The notes: generated by a model not told the origin, from the sequence alone. A stretch of 32,000 nt of DNA from Candidatus Saccharimonadota bacterium (GCF_964030745.1 NZ_OZ034918.1:750001-782000); one strand, 5' to 3'; shown: positions 1 to 7,912, numbered from the stretch's first letter. Numbers and translations are program-made.

Positions 1-1220
1 TATTTGGTTCCCTTAGCCAATACGTTTTGCAGCCCACCAATGGCTACAATAGCAGTTAAAATAGGTATACCCATTACCGTATCTGATACAAAATGGTAGT
101 GCATAGCAATGATCAGCAGGAAAAAAGAGCCTCCCACTATCAGTGTGGTAACAGGCGTGATTAACGCTGCACCTAACCAATTTAATTTCCGAATCACTAT
201 GTTGCCAAAACAAGAACAAATTAATGTACAAACACCTGTCCAAAATAGGACCTTGCCTTGGTACGTGATAAAACTAGTAGGATCTTGCTTGTAAAAAAGA
301 CTGGTTTCATAAAACCAAAGCCCCTCTATTAAGTGCACAACCATAGAGTAAGAGATCATTAATATACAAATGAATGCGAGATATTTAGAACTGGAAATCA
401 TTCTAAAACTTTTATATAACCCCAGCTGTAGTGTAGTGGTTGTTCTGACCGATTCCGTTGCGCTGTACATAATATACTTTTCAATATATTTATGCAAAAG
501 TAGGATCAAGAAACATAAAAATGCAATCACGACCATAAGTGTAGCTATTTTTGGAGCTGCTTCTATTTTATACTTACCTATAAAGCGTAATAAAAAATGA
601 TCGGTACGAGAAAAGTAGACCATGATACTGCCAGAAATCAGCAGGTTGGCTTGTCCAATCAAGTTAAAAAAGAAGTAAAACCGACTGGCTTCTTCTGTGC
701 TAGTGATTTTATTGGCCAATTGCCAATACAATAGGGTAAAGACAATCATAGGCCACAGTTCACCTAGCATGTAGAAGAGTATTAATGTCCATTTTCCCCA
801 CATTACGAAAAACCATTTAAAATGGGGATAAAGTGTAATGTAGCCATCTACTCTACAGGGATCTGGATGTAATAGCGTTTGATAGGGAAATAAAAAAAAG
901 CCGAATAGTATAAAAAAAAAGAGAAAAAAAACTATAACGGCTCTAAAAATGGTTTCTGTGGTGTGTTTATTACATAAGATGGTATAAATCACTACAAACA
1001 GAACACCTGCCGGCATTTCGACAAATAGCTTAATAAAGCTCAATACTTCTGCGCCTATTAAGGTTACCACAAGCCCATCTTTTATGCCACGGATTAAATT
1101 TTGATTCAGTAGAATCAGAAACATCAAGGTGGCCATAGAAAAAAATTTATGCAGTGCACTGCCTTTAATGGGCCAGTGTATAGGATGCCATTTTTTTAGT
1201 AGAAGGGTTATTTGTTGCAT
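1..1220 (-). CDS. tlc: ATP/ADP (nucleotide) translocase, Tlc/NTT family; first ~406 codons, 3' end lies beyond the left window edge
   Basis: Absent from the supplied ORF track because it has no stop inside the window. Hand translation of the minus strand from ATG 1220 is uninterrupted down to nt 1: MQQITLLLKKWHPIHWPIKGSALHKFFSMATLMFLILLNQNLIRGIKDGLVVTLIGAEVLSFIKLFVEMPAGVLFVVIYTILCNKH...YMLGELWPMIVFTLLYWQLANKITSTEEASRFYFFFNLIGQANLLISG...GGLQNVLAKGTKY. The blocks LN..LIR..KD.LVV, GELW..LLYWQLAN.IT..EEA.RFY and QN.L.K.TKY are characteristic of Rickettsia/Chlamydia/plastid Tlc/NTT transporters. An upstream in-frame stop lies at 1278-1280. Confidence 0.85.
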   Translation of the reverse strand, partial: MQQITLLLKKWHPIHWPIKGSALHKFFSMATLMFLILLNQNLIRGIKDGLVVTLIGAEVLSFIKLFVEMPAGVLFVVIYTILCNKHTTETIFRAVIVFFLFFFILFGFFLFPYQTLLHPDPCRVDGYITLYPHFKWFFVMWGKWTLILFYMLGELWPMIVFTLLYWQLANKITSTEEASRFYFFFNLIGQANLLISGSIMVYFSRTDHFLLRFIGKYKIEAAPKIATLMVVIAFLCFLILLLHKYIEKYIMYSATESVRTTTTLQLGLYKSFRMISSSKYLAFICILMISYSMVVHLIEGLWFYETSLFYKQDPTSFITYQGKVLFWTGVCTLICSCFGNIVIRKLNWLGAALITPVTTLIVGGSFFLLIIAMHYHFVSDTVMGIPILTAIVAIGGLQNVLAKGTK

Positions 1221-1350
1221 ATTGATTTGTAGTGTATTAGACCTATTTTCCAAACTATGCGTTCGTATTTGTGCACGTCACTGGTTAATAATGAATTTTA
1301 TTCCACTTTTTTCTTGATAAAAAAGTGGACAAAAAATCAAGCCCTCGGCA

Positions 1351-1469
1351 AAAAGTTGGCGCCCCCACCCCTTACAGATGGAAAAACAGAAGTCGCCCGC
1401 TGTGCGGGCTTCAAAGGAATCTGTTTTTCCTAATCATCTGTAAGGGGTGGGGGCTGTTTCCCAACTTTT
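1351..1469. repeat. 119-nt nested palindrome built around a GC hairpin (gcccgc-tgt-gcgggc) followed by ttcaaa; core homologous to 12385-12440 and 20188-20261
   Basis: Perfect arms: aaaagttgg (1351-1359) / ccaactttt (1461-1469); gcccccaccccttacagatg (1361-1380) / catctgtaaggggtgggggc (1435-1454); gaaaaacaga (1381-1390) / tctgtttttc (1420-1429). The central stem is 1395-1400 / 1404-1409. It lies in the tlc-carrier spacer. Confidence 0.85.
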
Positions 1470-1470
1470 T

Positions 1471-1509
1471 ACAGGGGCATTTTACTGCTATGGCCATAGT
1501 GTTGAACGT
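1471..1509 (+). repeat. Short dispersed repeat module; inverted second copy at 20550-20588
   Basis: acaggggcattttactgctatggccatagtgttgaacgt aligns with the reverse complement of 20550-20588 (acagggacattttactactatgaccataaccttgaatgc). 31 of 39 positions are identical by hand alignment. The same similarity appears in the spurious ORF translations (LQGHFTAMAIVLNVY vs LQGHFTTMTITLNAY). Confidence 0.7.
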
Positions 1510-1597
1510 ATACATAAGTTCTGCTTGCTGCAACTTTTTACACAGGGCTTGATGGTTTGCTACTTTTTATCAAGCAAAAAAGTAGGGTATAACAACT

Positions 1598-2362
1598 TTA
1601 GGATTGCCCCAAGAAAAGCATTACAAGACTATGGGCAATAGAATAGGGAACAATTTGCAAAATGCGCATGGTTAATCCATTAAAGATTGCAAAAAACTTT
1701 TTTTCTACTGTAATATTATGCTTCAATCGACCGATCCAAGTCATGCGTACTTCTGATCCACAATTTTGTGTGGCGATCAGGTCAAATGGCATAGTTAAAG
1801 CCGATACAGCTATGCCCAATAAAGCGCTTACAACCATGTTGGCGCCTATTCCACTTATATCTTTTGTAAATTCATAAGCTAATATAGATGCAGAGCCACT
1901 TAGTATATTCCTTAAAAGAATGGGGGTCACAATGTCCATAACCCTTTCCTTGCGTTTCATTAAAGGGCCTTTATTGGCAGCAATTTCTTTTGTTTCGCTA
2001 TATATGGTCACCGCGGTTTCTACTATTCCTGCTAAAAAACATTCCCATATGACCAATAACGTAAAATTAGTTATTGCATAATAGCCAGTAGAACAAAGAA
2101 AAAGCCATTGTGAAATGCCAAAGGCTAAGGCGGCGATAAACTGTCGCAGTGCGTAGATATGCGCTCCGGAAAAGAATAATTTAAAATTTCTAGTACGTAT
2201 GCACCTTGTCACAATAGAGGCATACGATTCCCCTGTTTCTTGATAGACTACTTTTACAAATTGAGCAGGTGCCACTAGGTAGGCTACAATCATACAAGCT
2301 ATACCATGTGCAAGTGGATCAAAAAAAAAGCGATAAAGAAGTGTATTATGTTGCATAGTCAT
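1598..2362 (-). CDS. Divergent mitochondrial-carrier-family (MCF/SLC25)-like membrane protein, 254 aa
   Basis: There are three ~80-aa repeats, each with an odd helix, a degenerate P-x-[DE]-x-x-[KR] signature, a short loop, a G-containing motif and an even helix. Repeat 1: GIACMIVAYLVAPAQFVKVVYQ..SYASIVTRCIRT..FKLFFSGAHIYALRQFIAALAFGISQ. Repeat 2: LAGIVETAVTIYSETKEIAANKG...TPILLRNILSGSASILAYEFTK. Repeat 3: LLGIAVSALTMPFDLIATQ...FFAIFNGLTMRILQIVPYSIAHSLV. The spacing matches the MCF profile, but the salt-bridge residues are mostly replaced. Confidence 0.6.
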   Translation of the reverse strand: MTMQHNTLLYRFFFDPLAHGIACMIVAYLVAPAQFVKVVYQETGESYASIVTRCIRTRNFKLFFSGAHIYALRQFIAALAFGISQWLFLCSTGYYAITNFTLLVIWECFLAGIVETAVTIYSETKEIAANKGPLMKRKERVMDIVTPILLRNILSGSASILAYEFTKDISGIGANMVVSALLGIAVSALTMPFDLIATQNCGSEVRMTWIGRLKHNITVEKKFFAIFNGLTMRILQIVPYSIAHSLVMLFLGQS

Positions 2363-2626
2363 AGATGATTTGGTTCAAAGTTGCTTACTAGATGTTTTGC
2401 GAAACGCTGCTTTTGCTGGTAATTTGCCCGTTGATCCGGTGCTTAAGCCAAAGGAGCACGCAGTATGGCATAGGTAGATAAACGCAACCTGGGTTGCATT
2501 AAGATTGCACCTCACAAAATAGGCTTCCAAAGAGGGCTATTCAGTTGCTGTTGTATATGCTAAACTACCCCTTTGCCCAGGGGGGCGCTTTAAGTATTTT
2601 GCAACGGGTCTAGTACTAAACGATAA

Positions 2627-2675
2627 ATATAGTTCTTTAAAAGAACTATATCAACTTTATTGATCAATAAAGTTG
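2627..2675 (-). terminator. Two abutting perfect palindromes downstream of murC (probable terminator hairpins, or protein-binding sites)
   Basis: atatagttcttt-a-aaagaactatat (2627-2651) is immediately followed by caactttattga/tcaataaagttg (2652-2675). They start ~45 nt past the murC stop on the minus strand. Both stems are AT-rich and neither has a classic U-tract. Confidence 0.35.
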
Positions 2676-2720
2676 CAAAAAAGCAAGTACTGGTACAAAA
2701 AGTTTCTAAAAACTCAAGCT

Positions 2721-4136
2721 TTACGGAACCTTGTCAAAAATCTGTTGCAAGCCAGCTGCTATGGTTGAAACTGCTGCTCCTATATCGCCTGCACCAATAG
2801 TAAGGATGACCTGATGTCCTTGCATCGTTGCATCAGATGCTAGTTCTGTCAGTAAATCACCCATTGTCACCAAGGCTTTTCTGCTACAGGTAAGCTCGTC
2901 AAAAATCAATTGTGCAGTAATACCTGCCATGGGCGCTTCTCTGGCCGGATAGATAGGTAGTATAAACACCTGATCTGCTAGGCTTAAGCTGGCAGCAAAT
3001 GTTTTGTAAAAGGCCTTGGTGCGTGAAAAAAGATGGGGCTGAAAAATGGCTGTTATCCTACTACTAGGGTAGAGCTTTTTTACTGAGTGTAGTAAAGCGC
3101 TAATTTCTACGGGATGGTGGGCATAATCATCTATAAGCAAGTATTGCACATGGCTGCAAACAAAGGAAAAGCGCCTTTTTATACCGGGAAAACTGGCCAT
3201 AGCAGTTTGTATTTGGCTTGCTGTTAGGCCAACTTCCAAGCAGATAGTGATGGCTGCTAATGCATTTTCAATGTTATACAGTCCGGCTATAGGTAAAACT
3301 ATATTAGCAATGGTTGTATCAGTTCCTAGGTAGTCAAAAGTACTTTGATGGGGGGTAATGGATATATTGTCTGCTATAATATTTCCTTGTTCTAACCCAT
3401 AAGTTAGAACAGGCATATTATAATGGGTTGCTATTTTTAACTGATCTGCAGCCCTATGTTGTATGAGTACATTTTTCTGATTTTGACAGACAAATTCTCT
3501 AAAACTAGCTTCCATTTGGGCTGCTGTTGTGTAGGTCTCTGGGTGATCTGCATCTGCAGCGGTTACAATGCTAAAGGTTGGCTTTAGGTGGAGAAAGGAT
3601 CTATTAAACTCGTCGGCTTCTGCTACCATGAATTGTACGTTATCTAATGAATGGTTATATAATAAGTTGGTATCATATAGTTGCATCATACCACCTACAA
3701 AGGCGACCATGGGCAGGTCGCTTTGATGGAGGATATGGGCGATCATAGCTGAAGTAGTTGTTTTGCCATGTGTACCTGCCACTGCTATCGTAACAAATTG
3801 CTTGGAAATGGTTCCTAGGATTTCTGCACGTGATTGGATCTTGTAACCAACCTCTTTAAAATAGTTTAAAATAGGGCTATCGGCCGGGATAGCAGGTGTA
3901 TAAATCACTAGGGTTTGGCTGGGGTGGTTGCAAATAATGTCAGGAATAGCCTCTAGCCTATCTTCGCAAGCTATCAGAATACCCTCTTTTCTAAGCTGTG
4001 ACACTATAGCAGATGGAGATTGATCATACCCAAAAACTTGGTAACCTTGTTTAGCAAATAATTGCGCCAAGGCACTCATGCCTATGCCACCAATCCCTAT
4101 AAAGTATACAAAATCGTAGTCGTTAAATGGTAGCAT
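2721..4136 (-). CDS. murC: UDP-N-acetylmuramate--L-alanine ligase
   Basis: N-terminal Rossmann motif YFIGIGGIGMSALAQLFAKQGYQVFGYD, P-loop AVAGTHGKTTTSAMIAHIL and the Mur ligase C-terminal region DDYAHHPVEI. The ORF track starts at a TTG at 4178; the ATG at 4136 (MLPFNDYDFVYFIGIGG) is the more likely start. Confidence 0.93.
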   Translation of the reverse strand: MLPFNDYDFVYFIGIGGIGMSALAQLFAKQGYQVFGYDQSPSAIVSQLRKEGILIACEDRLEAIPDIICNHPSQTLVIYTPAIPADSPILNYFKEVGYKIQSRAEILGTISKQFVTIAVAGTHGKTTTSAMIAHILHQSDLPMVAFVGGMMQLYDTNLLYNHSLDNVQFMVAEADEFNRSFLHLKPTFSIVTAADADHPETYTTAAQMEASFREFVCQNQKNVLIQHRAADQLKIATHYNMPVLTYGLEQGNIIADNISITPHQSTFDYLGTDTTIANIVLPIAGLYNIENALAAITICLEVGLTASQIQTAMASFPGIKRRFSFVCSHVQYLLIDDYAHHPVEISALLHSVKKLYPSSRITAIFQPHLFSRTKAFYKTFAASLSLADQVFILPIYPAREAPMAGITAQLIFDELTCSRKALVTMGDLLTELASDATMQGHQVILTIGAGDIGAAVSTIAAGLQQIFDKVP

Positions 4137-4186
4137 AACTGTGGTTTTGAGATTTAAAACTAGATTAGAAAAAACCAACCATAATA

Positions 4187-5140
4187 TTAGTTTTCCATAA
4201 GTTTTCCATTGAGTATTTCGATAGCTATACGCTTACGGAAGTAAGGCATGTCGTGTTGGGTGAAATTGATTGGTGCATCCCGCGCTACGTAGTCAGCAAA
4301 TTTGCATACAAATACACCACAATCACTATGATTCTTCTGCTGCGGTAGGTCTTTCAAGCATTTAAGCCGCCACTCATCTTGGTTCAGTTTCCCTTGTTGT
4401 TTGTCGGTTATTTCTTGACTAAGGTAGTCTAGCAACGTTTTTAGGCAATCCCAATTTTCTCCTCCTAGCGAATCATAATACTTTATAGTCTTGCTACGAA
4501 AATCAATAACTGCTAAACACCAATGGTTTGTTAGATGAACAGGGATAAGCACCATGTCATAGGAAAATATATTCTTACCTTTAGTCCATTTTTTCACTTT
4601 TGAATAGCCACTTTTGGAAAGTGATTGTAAAAAAAAGGTATTGAATGCACAAACCCTTGGTTGTAAGTGGTTTTCTTTTTCTTCTGATCGTCTGTTAATC
4701 AGCTGCATATATGCGTTTATTATATTGTCATTGAGCCAAGTCAACCCTTGTAACCGGATTAGATCTTGCTGCATAATGGGTATGCTTTCTACATTGGTAA
4801 TCAGTGTGCCAGTTGAGGTATTAAAGGCTTGTTCTACTTGGGCGAGCATCTCTTGAGTTAATATGACATTTTGTGGGTTCATCGATGGTTTTCCTGGCGC
4901 GCACGCTTGCCTATTTTCTATTTGAGGTTCCTTGTTTTTTTGTATACAGCTTGGTTGTATGTTTATTTTGTTGGCTGGTGGCAGGTGGCTCTTGTATGCG
5001 TTGTTTGCGTTGCTGTCAGTAGGTGTCATTGCGTTACTTATCCTATGATTTTTGTTCTTTTTGGTTGATTGCGTGCATAATCCAGCATAGAACATGGCAT
5101 AGAAAAAAAAGATCAATATAACAGAAAAATAGAATCTCAT
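4187..5140 (-). CDS. Ulp1/SENP-like cysteine protease (peptidase C48, clan CE) with N-terminal hydrophobic signal and a low-complexity linker
   Basis: All catalytic elements are in canonical order: LTNHWCLAVIDF (His), IKYYDSLGG (Asp), LPQQKNHSDCGVFVCKFADY (Gln + Cys nucleophile). The N-terminus from ATG 5140 reads MRFYFSVILIFFFYAMFYAGLCTQS. The ORF track uses a TTG at 5158. Confidence 0.85.
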   Translation of the reverse strand: MRFYFSVILIFFFYAMFYAGLCTQSTKKNKNHRISNAMTPTDSNANNAYKSHLPPANKINIQPSCIQKNKEPQIENRQACAPGKPSMNPQNVILTQEMLAQVEQAFNTSTGTLITNVESIPIMQQDLIRLQGLTWLNDNIINAYMQLINRRSEEKENHLQPRVCAFNTFFLQSLSKSGYSKVKKWTKGKNIFSYDMVLIPVHLTNHWCLAVIDFRSKTIKYYDSLGGENWDCLKTLLDYLSQEITDKQQGKLNQDEWRLKCLKDLPQQKNHSDCGVFVCKFADYVARDAPINFTQHDMPYFRKRIAIEILNGKLMEN

Positions 5141-5344
5141 AAAACTGTGCGGTTTCAATAAAAATGCTACAAAAAAATAATTTGTAATTATATTAAAATA
5201 TTTGGTAACCTGAGTCGTTCTGGATTGGATTATTTTTTAGATCTGATAACCAATATGAATAAAAACTGTTTTGATTTGGTTCATATAAATTAATTTGAAT
5301 AGACGACCTATAAATAAATGATTATGGTTATCAGTGAATTATAT

Positions 5345-5362
5345 AGGATTTTACTAAATCCT
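5345..5362 (-). terminator. Small hairpin downstream of the glycosyltransferase gene
   Basis: aggattt-tact-aaatcct (7-bp stem), ~57 nt after the stop at 5419 on the minus strand, in an AT-rich spacer. The call is weak. Confidence 0.25.
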
Positions 5363-5418
5363 TTATTCTATACCAGCTGTATCGAATCTTGACTGTTATA
5401 CCTTCATTTTCTTTTCGT

Positions 5419-6432
5419 TTACCTAGTAAACCTATGGGTAGCAAGTTCAGAAAAGCATTTCTTATTTTTAATAAAAAAGTCAACAAGAATACTCCCCTTA
5501 TAGCTATTGGGCAAATCGGCTGCAGCAGCTTTTGTTATGTGTGTGTTTTTTAGCTTAAAAAAATCTATTTGGGCTTTTATAATAGCCCAGCTATGGGCAA
5601 ACTTACCCAGTACCAACATTCGAAGCATAGCTAATAGATCCAAGCATAGGTTTTTGATCGGATATATCAGATGGTTTGGGTGATACTTGTACAACATATA
5701 TAACCTATTTCTAAAGTTTAAGTAGGTTTTAGTAGGGCTATTGTAGGGTAGGGTAGCCCCTCCTAGATGGTATACCCTACTGCTTCCGCAATAATAGACC
5801 TTCCAACCAGCAAGCTGGGCACGCCAGCAAAGATCAATTTCCTCAAAATGTGCAAAAAAAAGCTCATCGAATCCACCTAGACTATGGAAAGCTTTGGCAC
5901 GTACCAATAGACAAGCCCCGCTGGCCCAAAAGACAGCTCGTGTATCGTTGTATTGTCCGCTATCTTTTTCAATGCGATGAAAGATCCTTCCTCGACAAAA
6001 GGGATAGCCATAGTCATCTATAAACCCACCAGCTGCGCCAGCATAGTCAAAGTGATCTGGTTTCCTGAGAGAAAGTATTTTAGGTTGGCAAAACCCAATA
6101 GCAGGATCTTCCTCCATAAGGGCTAGTAACGGTTCTAGCCAGTGGTTTGTAACCAGGAGATCATTATTCAATAATAGATAATAGGTGGCTTGAATCTGTT
6201 TTAGGGCTAGATTATACCCTTTTGCAACCCCATAATTTGCACCATGTACCATACAGGTCACTGTTGGGAAATGACTCCTTAGATAAGTTACAGAGCCATC
6301 TGTAGAGCCATTATCCACTACTATTATGTTATAGCGATTGCTATAGCGTAGTAGGGTAGGTAAGTATGCCTTTAATAGGGGCAGTCCATTGTAGTTTAAT
6401 ACTACAATGGCTACACTTGGCAGGTGGGTCAT
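5419..6432 (-). CDS. Family 2 glycosyltransferase (rhamnosyltransferase-like)
   Basis: GT-A fold N-terminus VAIVVLNYNGLPLLKAYLPTLL...IIVVDNGSTDGS, followed by LLLNNDLLV and FEEIDLCWR, which are typical of GT2 enzymes. Confidence 0.85.
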   Translation of the reverse strand: MTHLPSVAIVVLNYNGLPLLKAYLPTLLRYSNRYNIIVVDNGSTDGSVTYLRSHFPTVTCMVHGANYGVAKGYNLALKQIQATYYLLLNNDLLVTNHWLEPLLALMEEDPAIGFCQPKILSLRKPDHFDYAGAAGGFIDDYGYPFCRGRIFHRIEKDSGQYNDTRAVFWASGACLLVRAKAFHSLGGFDELFFAHFEEIDLCWRAQLAGWKVYYCGSSRVYHLGGATLPYNSPTKTYLNFRNRLYMLYKYHPNHLIYPIKNLCLDLLAMLRMLVLGKFAHSWAIIKAQIDFFKLKNTHITKAAAADLPNSYKGSILVDFFIKNKKCFSELATHRFTR

Positions 6433-6443
6433 TAGGGGATGCT

Positions 6444-6734
6444 TTATAGCGTTCCTGCTTGTTGCTGTATCACTTCTTGGACTTTATGGTCTACTTCTTC
6501 CAAGGCTAGGTTGGCTGCACCAACTATAAGATCTTGTACCATTTTTCGATTTGTTTGATTAAATAGCGTCTCATCTATTGAAACAGCAAGGATTTTTTTA
6601 TCGCCACGCGCGGTTACCTGAACCAGTCCAGCGCCTGTTTCTTTGGTTACAGTAAGTTGATCCAGTTGCTTTTTGACCGCTTCCATTTTTTCTCGGACCT
6701 GGTCCATTTGTCCAAATAGCTTGTTTATATCCAT
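6444..6734 (-). CDS. ybaB: Nucleoid-associated protein YbaB/EbfC
   Basis: 96 aa with the pattern MEAVKKQLDQLTVTKETGAGLVQVTARGDKKILAVSIDETLF...DLIVGAANLALEEV, typical of the YbaB family. Confidence 0.85.
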   Translation of the reverse strand: MDINKLFGQMDQVREKMEAVKKQLDQLTVTKETGAGLVQVTARGDKKILAVSIDETLFNQTNRKMVQDLIVGAANLALEEVDHKVQEVIQQQAGTL

Positions 6735-6736
6735 TT

Positions 6737-7912
6737 TTATTGCTTTCTAAAATTCCCTGTATTTTTATATGCCTGTACCATACTGGTGACCCACCATCTT
6801 ATAGGCGCTAAGCTATGCACTATAACGAACGATAGGGCTAGTGGTACAATACCGCAATGCTGCTCTATCAGTAACGCACTAAAAAGCCAAATGACAATAG
6901 GCAAATCTATTAAGAGCATATACAATGCTGTTAATAGATAGCAGCCATAATTGGCCTTGCCACCACCCACCATTTTTATTAAATAAGCTTTGTCATGGCT
7001 TATTAAACTATCTAATAGCCAAGTTAATCCTAAAAAGATAAAAAACTGCTGAATGCCTAGTTTAAATCGATGGGTTTGTAAAATCTTAGCTGGCTTTATC
7101 TGCAATCCCAACATGACTACAGCTGCAATAGAAAGCATTACCAGTGCAAAAAATATAGGAAATCTAACCGGGTAAATCTTGCCACTTAGTTCAGTATATC
7201 TATTGGATTCAGGTTTGATAACTAAAAATAGTAGTGCAGCCAGTAGTAAAAGCACAAAGAGCCCTTTCATTTTACCTGTTGGTACAGTGGCTACCTGCTC
7301 ATCATTACCTTGAGGAGGGTTCTGAGCTTCTTTACATAGTGGTATCAGCCATTTATTGGGCATAAGGCTGGCCAGCAAGCTACTGACCATTGTGAGGCCG
7401 ACTGTGGTGGCAACTATGACCCCTATCAAAGCTAGAGTAGGAAATCCACTATTTCTTGCCACCACTATGAGCGGTATGCCTGAAATAGATAAAGGACTTG
7501 CCAGTAGCGCCATATGCGCAGCAATGGTGATAGGAACAAATAGCCGTGCTTTGTCGCTATGGAGCCCATTTTGATCGCATAGAGATGGCTGTAGCCATTT
7601 TTTATCTCCTGTTAAAAAGACCAATCCATAGCAAAACAGCGCAATCAAAAACCCATAATGATAATGGACCTGTTCTATACAGGCCCTGAGTTTGGTTTGC
7701 AGGAGATAAAAAAAACCAGCGGCTTCTAATGTGGACATTAGAAGAAACCAGGTGGTCTGTAAGAGCATTAAGTCATTAGGGGGAGCTGTAGGTTGGACTG
7801 AAAAAGTTAACAGTCCTAAGCCCAATCCGCTCAATAGACCAATCGAGACCCCACCTAAGCGTAAACCTATTATAAGCAGCAATAGGAGCATCAGCCATCC
7901 AATTGTAATCAT
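6737..7912 (-). CDS. Divergent, shortened paralogue of the DcuA/DcuB C4-dicarboxylate transporter family
   Basis: Polytopic membrane protein. Its N-terminus MITIGWLMLLLLLIIGLRLGGVSIGLLSGLGLGLL parallels that of the upstream gene (LLIGLAILLLASFLGSRLQGMSLSMLGGLGVWLF). It has 391 aa versus 433 aa and is separated from the upstream gene by 29 nt. Confidence 0.6.
   Translation of the reverse strand: MITIGWLMLLLLLIIGLRLGGVSIGLLSGLGLGLLTFSVQPTAPPNDLMLLQTTWFLLMSTLEAAGFFYLLQTKLRACIEQVHYHYGFLIALFCYGLVFLTGDKKWLQPSLCDQNGLHSDKARLFVPITIAAHMALLASPLSISGIPLIVVARNSGFPTLALIGVIVATTVGLTMVSSLLASLMPNKWLIPLCKEAQNPPQGNDEQVATVPTGKMKGLFVLLLLAALLFLVIKPESNRYTELSGKIYPVRFPIFFALVMLSIAAVVMLGLQIKPAKILQTHRFKLGIQQFFIFLGLTWLLDSLISHDKAYLIKMVGGGKANYGCYLLTALYMLLIDLPIVIWLFSALLIEQHCGIVPLALSFVIVHSLAPIRWWVTSMVQAYKNTGNFRKQ

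Noticed and set aside
1-1220. I suspected that tlc is a frameshifted pseudogene, because no ORF is listed here in the track and there are A8/A9/A8 runs at 892-931.
   Set aside because: Hand translation of the minus strand from 1220 to 1 gives one continuous frame with Tlc/NTT motifs on both sides of the homopolymer runs. The ORF is missing from the track only because its stop lies outside the window.
1560-1587. AT-rich inverted repeat ctacttttt...aaaaagtag just downstream of the carrier-gene stop, considered as a terminator.
   Set aside because: The stem is almost entirely A-T and would be very weak. I did not list it as a feature.
5159-5418. I looked for Bacteroidota-type promoter motifs (TTTG at -33, TAnnTTTG at -7) upstream of the Ulp1-like gene and in other spacers.
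   Set aside because: Only loose matches are visible in very AT-rich sequence, where such motifs occur by chance. I did not call any promoter.
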